Below are positions 17,320 through 27,822 of a stretch of 64,000 nucleotides of DNA, in pieces (position 1 is the first letter of the stretch; every line of letters begins with the position of its first letter). The translations under genes and the position numbers were made by a program. Below the pieces are notes generated by a model. It worked only from the letters and a program-made list of their open reading frames with translations, was not told the origin of the DNA and made no database searches. Source of the DNA: an uncultured Clostridia bacterium (GTDB lineage: Bacteria > Bacillota > Clostridia > Christensenellales > CAG-917); NCBI GenBank assembly GCA_937885645.1, contig CALABJ010000017.1:25270-89269 (forward strand), given 5' to 3'.

Positions 17320-17904
17320 TTATTCCAAAATTTGAGCAATTCTATCAAAAATCGCTTCTTTTCCCGTTTTGTTAAGTGCTGACGTAAGATAGACGTTGTC
17401 CACCCCTACCCCCATTTCTGCTGCCAACATTTGTCTATTTTTGGTCTGTTGCATACGGCTCAACTTGTCCGCTTTTGTCGCGATAAGGGTGAAAGGAATG
17501 TTGTAATGAAACAAGAAATTCACCATCATTTTATCGTCGTCTGTGGGCTTGTGACGGATGTCAAGGAGGACAAATACATTCTTAAGACGCTCACTGCTTG
17601 TGAGATAACCTTCAATCATTGCTCCCCATTTTGCCTTCTCCCCTTTTGCAACTTTTGCATATCCATAGCCAGGGAGATCCACAAAATAAAACTCTCCTCC
17701 ATTGACTTCAAAGTAATTGAGGAGTCTTGTTCTGCCGGGGTCACCAGAAGTTCTTGCCAGTTTTCCGTTGTTGCAGATATAGTTGATAAATGATGATTTG
17801 CCAACGTTTGACTTTCCTGCTATTGCAATTTCGCAAGTACCTGTATCGTAAAGCGCTTTGCTGTCAGCAACAGACGTGACAAATTTTGCATTTTTTATGA
17901 CCAT
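17320..17904 (-). CDS. engB: Ribosome biogenesis GTPase EngB (YsxC/YihA)
   Basis: 194 aa with G1 motif GKSNVGKSSFIN, G3 DLPGYG and G4 TKADK. Follows clpX as in Firmicutes. Confidence 0.92.
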   Translation of the reverse strand: MVIKNAKFVTSVADSKALYDTGTCEIAIAGKSNVGKSSFINYICNNGKLARTSGDPGRTRLLNYFEVNGGEFYFVDLPGYGYAKVAKGEKAKWGAMIEGYLTSSERLKNVFVLLDIRHKPTDDDKMMVNFLFHYNIPFTLIATKADKLSRMQQTKNRQMLAAEMGVGVDNVYLTSALNKTGKEAIFDRIAQILE

Positions 17905-17950
17905 AATCTCACCTTTTGAAAAACAGCACGCTAGGTGCTGTTTTCATTTC

Positions 17951-19189
17951 TTATGCGGTTTCCGCTTGATTTCTGCGGATAATCTTGGGTTGTGCCTTTG
18001 ACGTGATACAATCTTCTCTGACGACCACCTTTTCAATGGACTTGTCACTGGGGATATCATACATCATATCAAGAAGCAGATCTTCAAGTATTGCACGAAG
18101 TCCACGTGCGCCTGTGTTCAGTTGAATTGCCTTCTTTGCAACAGCCTTCAAAGCATCGTCTTCAAATTCAAGATCAACGTCATCAATCTTAAATTGGGTC
18201 TTATATTGCTTTGTAAGGGCGTTTTTAGGCTCAGAAAGGATCTTGACAAGGGCGTTTTCATCAAGAGCATTGAGGCCCACTACAATGGGAACTCTGCCCA
18301 CAAATTCAGGGATAAGACCAAATTTGATGAGGTCTGCAGGTTGAAGTGCTGCAATAAGTTCATCATAATGATAGTCGAGAGTGCCCTTGACAGAACTGCC
18401 AAAACCAAGTTTTGAGCTGTCCTTTCTTTGGTCAACGATTTTGTCGAGATCAACAAATGCGCCACCGCAAAGGAACAAAATATTGGTTGTGTCAAGCATA
18501 TAGCACTCTTGGTTGGGGTGCTTTCTTCCACCTTGAGGAGGAACGCTTGCAACGGTGCCTTCAATGATTTTGAGGAGTGCTTGTTGCACGCCTTCACCAC
18601 TTACGTCACGGGTGATTGACACGTTTTCACTCTTGCGAGCGATTTTGTCGATTTCGTCGATATAGATGATGCCAACCTCTGCCTTTTTGATGTCACCGTT
18701 TGCGGCTTGAATAAGTTTGAGCAAGATGTTTTCAACATCTTCACCCACATATCCTGCCTCAGTGAGTGTGGTTGCGTCAGCCACTGCAAAAGGCACGTTG
18801 AGGATTTGGGCAAGAGTCTTTGCAAGAAGGGTTTTTCCGCTTCCTGTAGGGCCGAGAAGGAGCACGTTGCTCTTTTCAAGGACTACGCCGTCTGAATTAT
18901 GTTTCTTTGCATGATTGACTCTCTTATAGTGATTGTACACGGCAACGGACAACACCTTTTTTGCGCTGTCTTGACCGATGATATATTCATCCAGTTTTGC
19001 CTTGATTTGTTGAGGAGTGTAGAGTGAAACAAGGTCACCTGTGTTGCCTTTTTTTCTTTCAAGGACAAATGACGCTTGCTCTATGCATTCATTGCAAATG
19101 AACAAGTCATTGGGTCCTGCAACAAGGTCAGAAACTTCGTTTCCGCTACGTCCGCAAAAACAACAATGTACTACTTTTTGATAATCCAT
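17951..19189 (-). CDS. clpX: ATP-dependent Clp protease ATP-binding subunit ClpX
   Basis: Zinc-ribbon CCFCGR...CNEC, Walker A GPTGSGKT, and IYIDEIDKI. Start at MDYQKV (GGAG upstream). Confidence 0.96.
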   Translation of the reverse strand: MDYQKVVHCCFCGRSGNEVSDLVAGPNDLFICNECIEQASFVLERKKGNTGDLVSLYTPQQIKAKLDEYIIGQDSAKKVLSVAVYNHYKRVNHAKKHNSDGVVLEKSNVLLLGPTGSGKTLLAKTLAQILNVPFAVADATTLTEAGYVGEDVENILLKLIQAANGDIKKAEVGIIYIDEIDKIARKSENVSITRDVSGEGVQQALLKIIEGTVASVPPQGGRKHPNQECYMLDTTNILFLCGGAFVDLDKIVDQRKDSSKLGFGSSVKGTLDYHYDELIAALQPADLIKFGLIPEFVGRVPIVVGLNALDENALVKILSEPKNALTKQYKTQFKIDDVDLEFEDDALKAVAKKAIQLNTGARGLRAILEDLLLDMMYDIPSDKSIEKVVVREDCITSKAQPKIIRRNQAETA

Positions 19190-19271
19190 TTCTACTCCAA
19201 ACACGCTCAAGGGCAAAACTATGCCCTTGAACGTCATTTATTGTTTTGTTGCCTTAACTCCTATGGAGTTA

Positions 19272-19874
19272 TTAAATGCGATTGGTGAAAATTCTATCCA
19301 CGATACCGTAGCTGAGTGCTTCATCTGCGGTCATATAGTAGTCGCGATCAGTGTCGATTTCCACCTTGTCCAGAGATTGTCCTGTATTTTGAGCAAGAAT
19401 TGTGTTGAGCTTCTTCTTGGTCTTCAGGATTTCTTCTGCGACAATTGCAATATCACTGGCTTGACCTTGTGCGCCACCCAGCGGTTGATGAATCATAATC
19501 TTTGAGTTGGGCAATGAATATCTCTTGCCCTTTGCTCCGCTTGAAAGAAGGAATGCGCCCATCGATGCTGCCATGCCGATGCAGATGGTTGACACGTCGC
19601 ACTTGATATAGTTCATTGTGTCATAAATTGCCATGCCTGCAGACACAGAGCCACCGGGGCTGTTGATGTAAAGACTGATGTCTTTGCCTGCGTCTTTGCC
19701 TTCAAGATAGATAAGTTGTGCAACAACAGTGTTTGCCACGGCATCATTGATTTCGCCGGTGAGGAAGATAATCCTATCTTCAAGAAGGCGTGAATAGATG
19801 TCGTAGGAGCGTTCGCCACGGCCTGTTTGTTCCACGATATAGGGGATGAGTGTGTTGTGCATATTATTCTCCAA
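19272..19874 (-). CDS. clpP: ATP-dependent Clp protease proteolytic subunit ClpP
   Basis: 200 aa with catalytic-Ser context [11 protein letters not shown] and the motif IMIHQP. Confidence 0.97.
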   Translation of the reverse strand: MENNMHNTLIPYIVEQTGRGERSYDIYSRLLEDRIIFLTGEINDAVANTVVAQLIYLEGKDAGKDISLYINSPGGSVSAGMAIYDTMNYIKCDVSTICIGMAASMGAFLLSSGAKGKRYSLPNSKIMIHQPLGGAQGQASDIAIVAEEILKTKKKLNTILAQNTGQSLDKVEIDTDRDYYMTADEALSYGIVDRIFTNRI

Positions 19875-19886
19875 CTTCCCTAAAAA

Positions 19887-21296
19887 TTATGCTTCGGGTT
19901 GTTCTGCTTTTTTGGTTGATTTCTTTGCAGGAGCCTTCTTTGCGGGCTTTTCTTCGGTTTCTTCACCGACTTTGCCAACGGGTGCTGCTGCGGGCTTCTT
20001 GCTTGCTGTTTTGACAACTGCGCTGTTTTCCTTCTTAAGGAGTGCCATCAACTTGTCTGAAAGGATTTGGTTGACGATATAGTCGATTTGTTCCTTGCGG
20101 AGAGTCTTTCTATAGTCATCAAGGTCCTTGCCTGCATCTACTGCCATCTTTGCAAGTTTGTCATCGATTTCTTCATCGCTGAACTTGAGGTCTTCTGCTC
20201 TGACGATTTGTTCCATAACAAGACGGACCTTCACGCTCTTTGCAGCTTGTTCTTTGTATTCGTTCTTAAGACCTTCCTTGTCGAGACCAACATAGTTGAG
20301 ATAGTCGTCAAGTTTGATGCCTTGATACATAAGGCGGTATTCAAATTCTGCAACCATATCTTCGGTTTCAGTTTCCACCATTGCATCGGGGACGTCAACG
20401 GTTGCGTTTGCAACGATTGTATCCACAAGTGCGTCTTCGTATGCATGTTCTGCACGAAGTTCTGCATCTGCTTTCATTTTATTTTTGATGTCGTTTTTAT
20501 ATTCTGCAAGAGTGTCAAATTCAGAAACATCTTTTGCAAATTCGTCGTCGAGTGCGGGGAGTTCCTTCACTTTGACTGCGTGAACGGTGCATTCAAAGAC
20601 TGCGTCTTTGCCTGCAAGGTTTTCTGCGTGATATTCTTCGGGGAATTTGACGTTGACTGCCTTGCTGTCGCCTGCTTTGACGCCCACAAGTTGTTCTTCA
20701 AAACCGGGGATAAATTGGCCACTGCCAAGTTCAAGTTCATAGTGTTCTGCTGCGCCACCTTCAAACTTCACGCCGTCAACACTGCCCACAAAGTCGATGT
20801 CGACGATGTCGCCGTTTTCTGCGGTTTTGTCGGTGTCAACAAGACGTGCTTGCTTTTGACGATTTTGTTCAACCACTTCGTCAACTTGCTTTGCTGTGAC
20901 TTTGTCAACTTTCTTTGCGATTTCGAGACCTTTGTATTGACCAAGGGTGACTTCGGGTTTCACTGTGACAACGAGAGTAAATGTTGCGCCACCGTCTTCT
21001 TTGAAATCAAATGCTGTGAGTTCAGGTTGTGCGACGACGTCAAGATTTTCTGCTGCAAGTGCTTCGCCGTATGCCTTGGGGATGACGATATCCATTGCAT
21101 CTTCATAAAATACTTCTTTGCCGTAAATTCCTTCGATGACCTTCATGGGCACGTGACCTCTGCGGAAGCCTTGGATTTGGAATTTGTGCTTTGTCTTTTG
21201 ATAGGCTTCTTTAATTGCGTCTGCAAAGGTTGTTGAATCTACGTCAAATTGGAATTTGACTTGACTCTTTTCAAGTTTTTCAAGTGTATAACTCAT
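19887..21296 (-). CDS. tig: Trigger factor (PPIase) with a Lys/Ala/Glu-rich C-terminal tail
   Basis: Start at MSYTLEKLEKSQVKF (GGAGG upstream). FKBP-type middle domain. The 111-codon upstream extension in the ORF track is not supported. Confidence 0.93.
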   Translation of the reverse strand: MSYTLEKLEKSQVKFQFDVDSTTFADAIKEAYQKTKHKFQIQGFRRGHVPMKVIEGIYGKEVFYEDAMDIVIPKAYGEALAAENLDVVAQPELTAFDFKEDGGATFTLVVTVKPEVTLGQYKGLEIAKKVDKVTAKQVDEVVEQNRQKQARLVDTDKTAENGDIVDIDFVGSVDGVKFEGGAAEHYELELGSGQFIPGFEEQLVGVKAGDSKAVNVKFPEEYHAENLAGKDAVFECTVHAVKVKELPALDDEFAKDVSEFDTLAEYKNDIKNKMKADAELRAEHAYEDALVDTIVANATVDVPDAMVETETEDMVAEFEYRLMYQGIKLDDYLNYVGLDKEGLKNEYKEQAAKSVKVRLVMEQIVRAEDLKFSDEEIDDKLAKMAVDAGKDLDDYRKTLRKEQIDYIVNQILSDKLMALLKKENSAVVKTASKKPAAAPVGKVGEETEEKPAKKAPAKKSTKKAEQPEA

Positions 21297-21426
21297 TTGT
21301 CCTCCATATTGCCGAAATTGCTCGGCTGAATAAATATTTTCATAAAGTATGAAAGAGTATATCACAATAGGCTTGAAAATGCAAACAAAAACTTTGTCAC
21401 GAAGTGAATTTATAGTCAAATTCCCG

Positions 21427-21454
21427 TTGATTATGACAAAATTTGGTGTATAAT
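21427..21454 (+). promoter_or_regulatory. Promoter TTGATT-16-TATAAT feeding a leaderless rqcH ATG
   Basis: -35 at 21427..21432 and -10 at 21449..21454. The ATG at 21461 is 7 nt after the -10, with no Shine-Dalgarno. Confidence 0.5.
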
Positions 21455-21460
21455 AGGCGT

Positions 21461-23158
21461 ATGGGAAGCGATTTGGTTGCACTGTCAGCATTGACAGCAG
21501 AGCTGAATAACACACTTTCAGGGGCAAGAGTTGACAAAATTGTCCAACCTGACCCTGATGAATTGAGGTTTTTCTTGCGCAATGGTGGCAAAAACCTCTG
21601 CCTTTGCGTGTCTTGCAATGCCGGTGCACCTAGAATGCATATCACGTCTACGAAGAAACAAAATCCATTGAATGCACCTTCCCTCTGTATGCTCCTTAGA
21701 AAGCACTTGCAAATAAGCAGTGTTGAGGGTGTTTCCGTATTCAACAACGATCGCATTTTGCAGATAAAATTCAATGCTCGCACTGAGATGAAAGACGACG
21801 CTGTCTATTATCTTTTTGTTGAGATAATGAACCGCTACTCAAACATCGTTTTCACAGATGAAAAGTTGACAATTCTTGATGCGGTCAAACATCTTCCTCT
21901 TGACGCAACCCGCAGTCACGTTGTGCTTCGCGGAGTCAAATATGAGCCTGTTGGACAAAACAAAATCAGTTATCTAACCGAGCATTTTTCAGTTTTTGAC
22001 AATTTCAACGGCGGAGACCTTCACAAATTTATCCTTGACAATATTTCAGGTTTTTCAGGCGTCACAGTGTCCGAAATCATTTCTCGTGCAGGACTTGAAA
22101 GCAATCATTCCACTGCCCTAAACGATGACGAAAAAGACGCAATTTGTGCTGTCATAAGAGAGTTTCAAAACATCACCGAAAGCGAAAAATATTGCCCTGT
22201 CATCATAGGCAAAAACGACGTGTATCCCTATCACTACAACGTGCTAAAAGACAAGGAATCAAAATCATTTAGCACAATGAGTGAGGCATATGATGCCCTG
22301 TTTTCAGTGGCCGACACAGAAATCCGCAACAAAGCACGACTGAAAACCTTGACTACTGCTGTCAAGCACTTGAAAGCAAGGGTTGAAAAGAACATCAAAA
22401 CCGACCTTGAACGATTGAAGGAATGCGAAAATATGGACGAATATCGCCTTTTTGGTGAACTTATCGTAGCCAATATTTATCGCATAAACAAAGGTGACAA
22501 GTCAGTGGTTTTGGACAACTACTACACTGGTGAAAAAGTTGAAATCAAGTTGGACGAAAAGTTGACACCTTCTGGAAATAGCAAGATGTATTATACAAAG
22601 TATAATAAACTAAAACGTCAACAAGAGTTTACCGAGAAAAAACTGGTGACAGACCAAAACCTTTTGGACTACGTTTTGTCAATAGAAAATGAACTGAACT
22701 CATTGCCCTACGATTGCTCTACAATTGCAATTGAAGAAGAGCTTGAAAAGTTGGGCGTCTTGAAAAAGAAAAACGTAAAAGGCAAAGTCCGCAAAGAAAA
22801 GAGTGAGCCTCCCTACACCTTTGAGCACAATGGTTTCACCATTATGAAAGGACGGAATAATTTGCAAAACGATGAACTTACCTTCCGAATTGCCTCGTCA
22901 AGTGATCTTTGGTTGCACGTGAAGAATGGACACGGGGCTCACGTCATTGTTTTTGCAGAGGGCAAAAAAGTCCCCGATGAAACAATCAAGGTTGCAGCAG
23001 AAATAGCCTGCTCTGATTTCCAAGGAAGTCAAAACGTGGACTACACAGAAAGACGAAACGTCAAACGTATGCTCAACGGTCACCCCGGTCAAGTCATCTA
23101 CGTCAACTACAAAACTGCACTTGCAAATCCTTGTGCACACGATGAATTGAAAAAGTAG
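21461..23158 (+). CDS. rqcH: Ribosome quality control protein RqcH (NFACT family; FbpA-like)
   Basis: NFACT-N N-terminus, a coiled-coil middle, and a C-terminal DUF814 motif (DLWLHVKNGHGAHVIV). Confidence 0.88.
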   Translation: MGSDLVALSALTAELNNTLSGARVDKIVQPDPDELRFFLRNGGKNLCLCVSCNAGAPRMHITSTKKQNPLNAPSLCMLLRKHLQISSVEGVSVFNNDRILQIKFNARTEMKDDAVYYLFVEIMNRYSNIVFTDEKLTILDAVKHLPLDATRSHVVLRGVKYEPVGQNKISYLTEHFSVFDNFNGGDLHKFILDNISGFSGVTVSEIISRAGLESNHSTALNDDEKDAICAVIREFQNITESEKYCPVIIGKNDVYPYHYNVLKDKESKSFSTMSEAYDALFSVADTEIRNKARLKTLTTAVKHLKARVEKNIKTDLERLKECENMDEYRLFGELIVANIYRINKGDKSVVLDNYYTGEKVEIKLDEKLTPSGNSKMYYTKYNKLKRQQEFTEKKLVTDQNLLDYVLSIENELNSLPYDCSTIAIEEELEKLGVLKKKNVKGKVRKEKSEPPYTFEHNGFTIMKGRNNLQNDELTFRIASSSDLWLHVKNGHGAHVIVFAEGKKVPDETIKVAAEIACSDFQGSQNVDYTERRNVKRMLNGHPGQVIYVNYKTALANPCAHDELKK

Positions 23159-23203
23159 GGCAAAAAAACATCACCAACACTGAAATAATCTAAAAACATA
23201 AAA

Positions 23204-23229
23204 ATCGAGCGAAAACGCTCGATTTTTTA
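23204..23229. terminator. Bidirectional rho-independent terminator
   Basis: ATCGAGCG-aaaa-CGCTCGAT flanked by A- and T-runs, between convergent rqcH and rluD. Confidence 0.75.
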
Positions 23230-23309
23230 ATTTGTTTTCTAAATTTTTGCCTTTTTTAGAATAATTTTGAATATAAATATTGATAAAAATTGGGAAATCT
23301 ACGTGTTTT

Positions 23310-24215
23310 CTACTTTTGCAACTTTCTCAATTTTTCCAAAACGTTTTCAAAATAATCTGGCAATTCTGCCTCAAAAGTCATTCTTTCTCCAGATATAGGA
23401 TGAGTCAAAACAAGTTGTCTTGCGTGAAGAAGTTGACCATTTTTGTAGAGTGCGGTTGAGCCACCATACACCTCATCCCCTACTATTGGATGATGAATAT
23501 GCGATGAGTGCACACGGATTTGATGGGTGCGACCTGTTTCAAGTTCGAAACGAACAAGGGTGTACTTCCCAAATCTTTCAAGGACGGTGTAATGAGTGAC
23601 CGCTCTTCTGCCGTCGGTGTCAATGCCCATTTTCTTTCTATCGCGCTTATTTCTTGCAATGGGTGCATCAATTGTGCCGTTGTCTTCCTTGAAATTGCCA
23701 TCGCACAAACCGAAGTAAATTCGTCTTGCAGTCTTTCTCTCTATTTGTGATGCAAGAGATTTGTGTGCTTCATCAGTTTTTGCCACAACAATAAGCCCAG
23801 AGGTGTCCTTGTCAAGCCTGTGGACGATCCCAGGACGGATTACGCCGTTGATAGAACTGAGCTTGTCAAGGTCTGCAAGAAGCGCATTGACAAGAGTGTC
23901 GTTCTTTTGATAACTGCTTGCAGGGTGCACAACCATACCTTGAGGCTTGTTGATGACGGCAAAATGCTCGTCTTCATAGACGATATTCAGTTTGATTTCA
24001 CTGTTAGGCTCAACGTCAAGGGTTTTAGGCTCGGGCAAGGTGAACTCCACCTCATCCCCTTCCTTCAACTCAAAACCGCTCTTTTTGCGCAAAACTCCGT
24101 TTACAAAAACACCGTCGCTTTCAACGACGGTCTTGATGTTTGAACGTGATGCTCCCGTTTCTTTTGCGAGAAACACGTCCAGGCGGATTTGTTCATTTGC
24201 TACGTATGTTGCCAT
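23310..24215 (-). CDS. rluD: RluA/RluD-family 23S rRNA pseudouridine synthase
   Basis: 301 aa with an S4 domain at the N-terminus and the catalytic motif HRLDKDTSGL. Confidence 0.9.
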   Translation of the reverse strand: MATYVANEQIRLDVFLAKETGASRSNIKTVVESDGVFVNGVLRKKSGFELKEGDEVEFTLPEPKTLDVEPNSEIKLNIVYEDEHFAVINKPQGMVVHPASSYQKNDTLVNALLADLDKLSSINGVIRPGIVHRLDKDTSGLIVVAKTDEAHKSLASQIERKTARRIYFGLCDGNFKEDNGTIDAPIARNKRDRKKMGIDTDGRRAVTHYTVLERFGKYTLVRFELETGRTHQIRVHSSHIHHPIVGDEVYGGSTALYKNGQLLHARQLVLTHPISGERMTFEAELPDYFENVLEKLRKLQK

Positions 24216-24217
24216 AA

Positions 24218-24922
24218 TTATTCTTCGTCTGCCTTTTCTTCGACAGTTTCTTCGGATTTCTCTTCAGCTGCAACCACTGAGTCAACTTTGTCGTCAACTG
24301 CGGTTTCTGCGACGTTTGATGCGGTTAGAGTGGCATTTTCATCCTTATCCGTGTTTTTGCCGTTCAAAAACTCCTTCACCAAAACGTAGATGAGGTAGAA
24401 CACCAACATAAATGCCCCAACGGTGACAAAGAAGTCCGCAATGTTGAAGATTGCAAAATCCATAAAGGTGAATTCAAAGAAGTCACGGACGTATTTGAGA
24501 CCGATTCTGTCAACCAAGTTGCCTATGCCACCACCTGCAATGAGAACGAGAGATATTCTAAGCCAAATTTCATTGCGCTTTGAAATGAGCAAATAACCGA
24601 AGATTGCCACAATGATGATTGCGGTTATGACTGTAAGCGCCAAAGTGCCATCTTTGAACATGCCAAAGCCCGCACCAGTGTTTTCTGAATAGGTCAAGTC
24701 AAGAAAACCCTTGATGACTGTGTAGTTTCCACCCTTGTCCAAAAGGAAGTCGTAGAGATATTCCTTCATGCAAAGGTCAAAGACGATTGTAAATGCAAGA
24801 AGCAAAAATTCAATCCCGCTGATGATGAGAAACTTTTTCAGCAGAGATTTGTCAGTTTTCAACTGGTTAATTGAGTTTTTGAAGTAGTCTTTGACTTTGT
24901 CAAAGTCCAAAATTTTTTTCAT
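24218..24922 (-). CDS. lspA: Lipoprotein signal peptidase II (LspA) with N-terminal and acidic C-terminal extensions
   Basis: Motifs NTGAGFG, GNLVDR and FNIADF. A D/E-rich tail of about 45 aa. Confidence 0.88.
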   Translation of the reverse strand: MKKILDFDKVKDYFKNSINQLKTDKSLLKKFLIISGIEFLLLAFTIVFDLCMKEYLYDFLLDKGGNYTVIKGFLDLTYSENTGAGFGMFKDGTLALTVITAIIIVAIFGYLLISKRNEIWLRISLVLIAGGGIGNLVDRIGLKYVRDFFEFTFMDFAIFNIADFFVTVGAFMLVFYLIYVLVKEFLNGKNTDKDENATLTASNVAETAVDDKVDSVVAAEEKSEETVEEKADEE

Positions 24923-24935
24923 AGGTTATCCTTTT

Positions 24936-25322
24936 CTATTTGCTTATTGTAGAGCCATACGCCACAGCCATATTGCTTGGCGCAAACAAAAATATATCGG
25001 CATTGATTTTTCTCACCGAGCCACCTAAGGCGTAGACGGCACCGCTCATAAAGTCTAATATCCTTGCCACAACACCTTGATTTGTGAATGAAAAGTCGAC
25101 GATGACTTGTTCACCACGTTTCAAGTGGTCAATGATTTTGCCCACGTCATCATAATTTTTAGGGTTGAAGATGACGGTGCCACTGGCAACGTATTGCTCT
25201 GGCGGTTGCTCGGCAAAAAGACGGCTTATACGCGCGCCTACAGTTGCTTCTGAGTGATATTTGCCACGAGGTGTTTCCTTGAAAGCACCTGCATAGCCCT
25301 TTTGAAATTTGTCCATAGTCAC
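24936..25322 (-). CDS. sepF: Cell division protein SepF
   Basis: 128 aa with a C-terminal DUF552 core (VIVDFS...ARILDFMSGAVYALGGSV..I....FLFAP). Follows ylmE. Confidence 0.85.
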   Translation of the reverse strand: MTMDKFQKGYAGAFKETPRGKYHSEATVGARISRLFAEQPPEQYVASGTVIFNPKNYDDVGKIIDHLKRGEQVIVDFSFTNQGVVARILDFMSGAVYALGGSVRKINADIFLFAPSNMAVAYGSTISK

Positions 25323-25997
25323 CTACACGCTCGGCGTATAGATTCTTTCACCAAAGATGATTCTGCCGAGCCTTAACACGTTTGATTTGTGGCTGAGGGC
25401 GGTCTTGTAATCCCCACTCATACCTGCGGATAAATACTTGATTTCCACGTTGTCTTGCTTGATTTTTTTGACTTTGTCAAAAATCACATCAAGTTCATCA
25501 TAAAGTGCGTCAAGTTCGGGTGCGTCTATATTTGGAAGGACGGACATTATCCCTTCAATTTTTATGTGTTTGTAGTTTTCAAGTGAGCGGATGAAATCTG
25601 TCACTTCATTGGGGGCAACACCGCCCTTTGTGACTTCTCCGCCCATATTGATTTCAACAAGGCAAGATTGCACCTTTTGGTGCTTGGACGCTTGCTTTTC
25701 AATCTCCTTTGCCAACTCAATGCGGTCAAGAGAATGAATAAGCTCCACCTTGTCGATTATGTATTTCACTTTGTTTGTCTGCAGTTGACCTATAAGATGC
25801 CATCTATAACGCTCGTCATATTTTGCAACAAGCTCCTGTACACGATTTTCACCCAGCACAAAATCGGGCGCAATGGTCATAAACTCGTCCACAGTTTCCT
25901 TCGTTTGGGTTTTTGTGGCTGCTATGAGCATAATTTCTCTGCCCGTTGCCGCCACGTCTTCCCTTATGCGTTTGAGAGCGTCTAAATCAATCATCAA
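25323..25997 (-). CDS. YggS/YlmE-family pyridoxal-phosphate homeostasis protein
   Basis: 224 aa. Contains the PLP-lysine context (AATKTQ), HLIGQLQTNKVK and LSAGMSGDY. Confidence 0.9.
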   Translation of the reverse strand: MMIDLDALKRIREDVAATGREIMLIAATKTQTKETVDEFMTIAPDFVLGENRVQELVAKYDERYRWHLIGQLQTNKVKYIIDKVELIHSLDRIELAKEIEKQASKHQKVQSCLVEINMGGEVTKGGVAPNEVTDFIRSLENYKHIKIEGIMSVLPNIDAPELDALYDELDVIFDKVKKIKQDNVEIKYLSAGMSGDYKTALSHKSNVLRLGRIIFGERIYTPSV

Positions 25998-27686
25998 TTA
26001 GTCAACGACTGAGTCTGTATGTTTGCCGGTGAGAGTGTTGTATGCAAGGCACTTCTTCACGCCGTTTTCTTCATATTCGATGGCGATGACTTCGTCTCCA
26101 CTGCCTTTTTCCTTGATGTATTCTGCGGAAATGACTTTGCCGTCAAACTTCTTGAATGAGTCAAGGAGGACTTCCACTTTCTTGTCGTCGTATGCACCTG
26201 CGTTGTCACTGACAAAGAGCACTGAGCCAAACATATGGTTTATGCGTGCAAGAAGTTTCTTTTGTTCCCAGTTGAATTTTGCGGGCTTCATACCGTCGTC
26301 ACGGAGGAAGAACACATCGGGGTCATTTGCAAAGATTCTGCCATTGAGGTGTCTGCGGAAGATGCTGTTGTTCATTGCCATCTTTGCAGAGATGATTTCC
26401 TGGTTGGTCACCTTAACGTAGAATTTTTCCTTGAAGGAAAGTTCAACGTCACAACTGATTCTGCAAGCATCAACAATGCCAAAACTTGCACTGAGAGGAA
26501 CGCCACAGCCAAGGATAATCTTGTCGCCACAGCATTCGCGGAGGAAATCCATTGCTTCGTGCATAAGTTGTCCGCGTGATTTGTTGTTTCTGGGTTGTAT
26601 TGCCACTGAATACAAGAAGTCAAGTTTGACCATATCATAGCCCCATTCATCAAAGACGACTCTAAACACGTTCTTGATATAATCACGGACTTCGGGTTGT
26701 TCAATGTCAAGGACGTAGAATCCGTTCCAAGCAAAACCACCAATCATATTCTTGCCCTTGGGGGTCTTGATGAGCCATTCGGGATGGTTTTTGACAACTT
26801 CTGCCTTGAATTGTGCGCTGAAAGGTGCAAGCCACAATCCTGCCTTGTATCCCTTCTTGTGGATTTCATCTGCAAGATAACCCATTCCCTTTGGGAATTC
26901 AGGCTTCAAAGTGAGCCAGTCACCGACCATGCTTTCATAGCCGTCGTCGATTTGGAAGATGTTTGCCTTGTCGCCAGCCTTTTCATACATGCCGTTGAGG
27001 TCACGCATGATGATTTCTTCACTGATGTTTTGGAAGTAGTTGTACCATGAGGTGTAGCCTGCAAAGTGATCAACTCTGCCAGTTGCTTTGCGGGGATATT
27101 CTTGGAAATACTTGTCAAAGACTTCATCATAAGTGCCAACGTGATGAGTGACGTTGAAAAGTTCATAGTCGCCGATGATTGTGACACCTTCAACGTCCTT
27201 TTCAATGGCAAAGACGTTTTCTCTCATATCTGCATAGAACACGGTGTAGCCAGTTCTGTCGTTGAGAGTGCCAAAGAATTCAACGTCTGCTCCCTTACGG
27301 AGATAGGTGTATGTGTTTGAGTGATAGAGGTCCTTGCCGTATTCAGTGAAATAGGTGTCACCAGATGCTGCTGCAAAGGTACGTGCAAGAGGAATAATGT
27401 TGCAGGGGAAACGAAGACCATATTGTCTATCTCCACGCTTATATTCTCTTGAAGTTGACCAGCTTTGATAACCGCCGCCATAGAACCATTCTTCACTTTC
27501 AAAATAGTGATCATAGATAAGCTCTGCAAGAGTGATCTTGACTGCTTCTTTTGCAGAGACTGTGATATGGACATGATTGTCATCGCCATTATCCACAAAT
27601 GTGAGAATATCATCGCTCTCATTGATGACTCTTGTTTTGCCTGCGTACTCGTAAACGACTTTCAGTGTGTAATCTTTTATGTTCAT
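25998..27686 (-). CDS. Alpha-galactosidase-like glycoside hydrolase (clan GH-D, GH36-like)
   Basis: 562 aa with motifs FQIDDGY, GLWLAPF, KLDFLY and NDPDVFF. Confidence 0.75.
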   Translation of the reverse strand: MNIKDYTLKVVYEYAGKTRVINESDDILTFVDNGDDNHVHITVSAKEAVKITLAELIYDHYFESEEWFYGGGYQSWSTSREYKRGDRQYGLRFPCNIIPLARTFAAASGDTYFTEYGKDLYHSNTYTYLRKGADVEFFGTLNDRTGYTVFYADMRENVFAIEKDVEGVTIIGDYELFNVTHHVGTYDEVFDKYFQEYPRKATGRVDHFAGYTSWYNYFQNISEEIIMRDLNGMYEKAGDKANIFQIDDGYESMVGDWLTLKPEFPKGMGYLADEIHKKGYKAGLWLAPFSAQFKAEVVKNHPEWLIKTPKGKNMIGGFAWNGFYVLDIEQPEVRDYIKNVFRVVFDEWGYDMVKLDFLYSVAIQPRNNKSRGQLMHEAMDFLRECCGDKIILGCGVPLSASFGIVDACRISCDVELSFKEKFYVKVTNQEIISAKMAMNNSIFRRHLNGRIFANDPDVFFLRDDGMKPAKFNWEQKKLLARINHMFGSVLFVSDNAGAYDDKKVEVLLDSFKKFDGKVISAEYIKEKGSGDEVIAIEYEENGVKKCLAYNTLTGKHTDSVVD

Positions 27687-27822
27687 AATGCCCCCTTACG
27701 TGCAAGCGTGCCCACACGTAACGCTAATATTTTTCTAAATGTATATTATACATGAAAAAATCGCTCTTGTAAATACCGATATGCAGAAAGAATGGTTTTT
27801 TGCCTATTTTTCTATCCGCCGC

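Noticed and set aside
20067-21236. 389-aa ORF on the plus strand, plus many other 60-180 aa ORFs antisense to ftsZ, murA, PBP, clpX, topA and others
   Set aside because: It lies entirely antisense to the well-supported trigger factor gene. The product is Cys/Phe/Val-rich nonsense with no motifs and no Shine-Dalgarno. This is a typical stop-poor shadow frame of a highly expressed gene.
21297-21629. N-terminal 111-codon extension of the trigger factor ORF (and a similar extension on ribU-tsaE at 35820..35960)
   Set aside because: The conserved protein starts at an internal ATG with a proper GGAGG. The ribU-tsaE extension runs across the FMN riboswitch aptamer and terminator.
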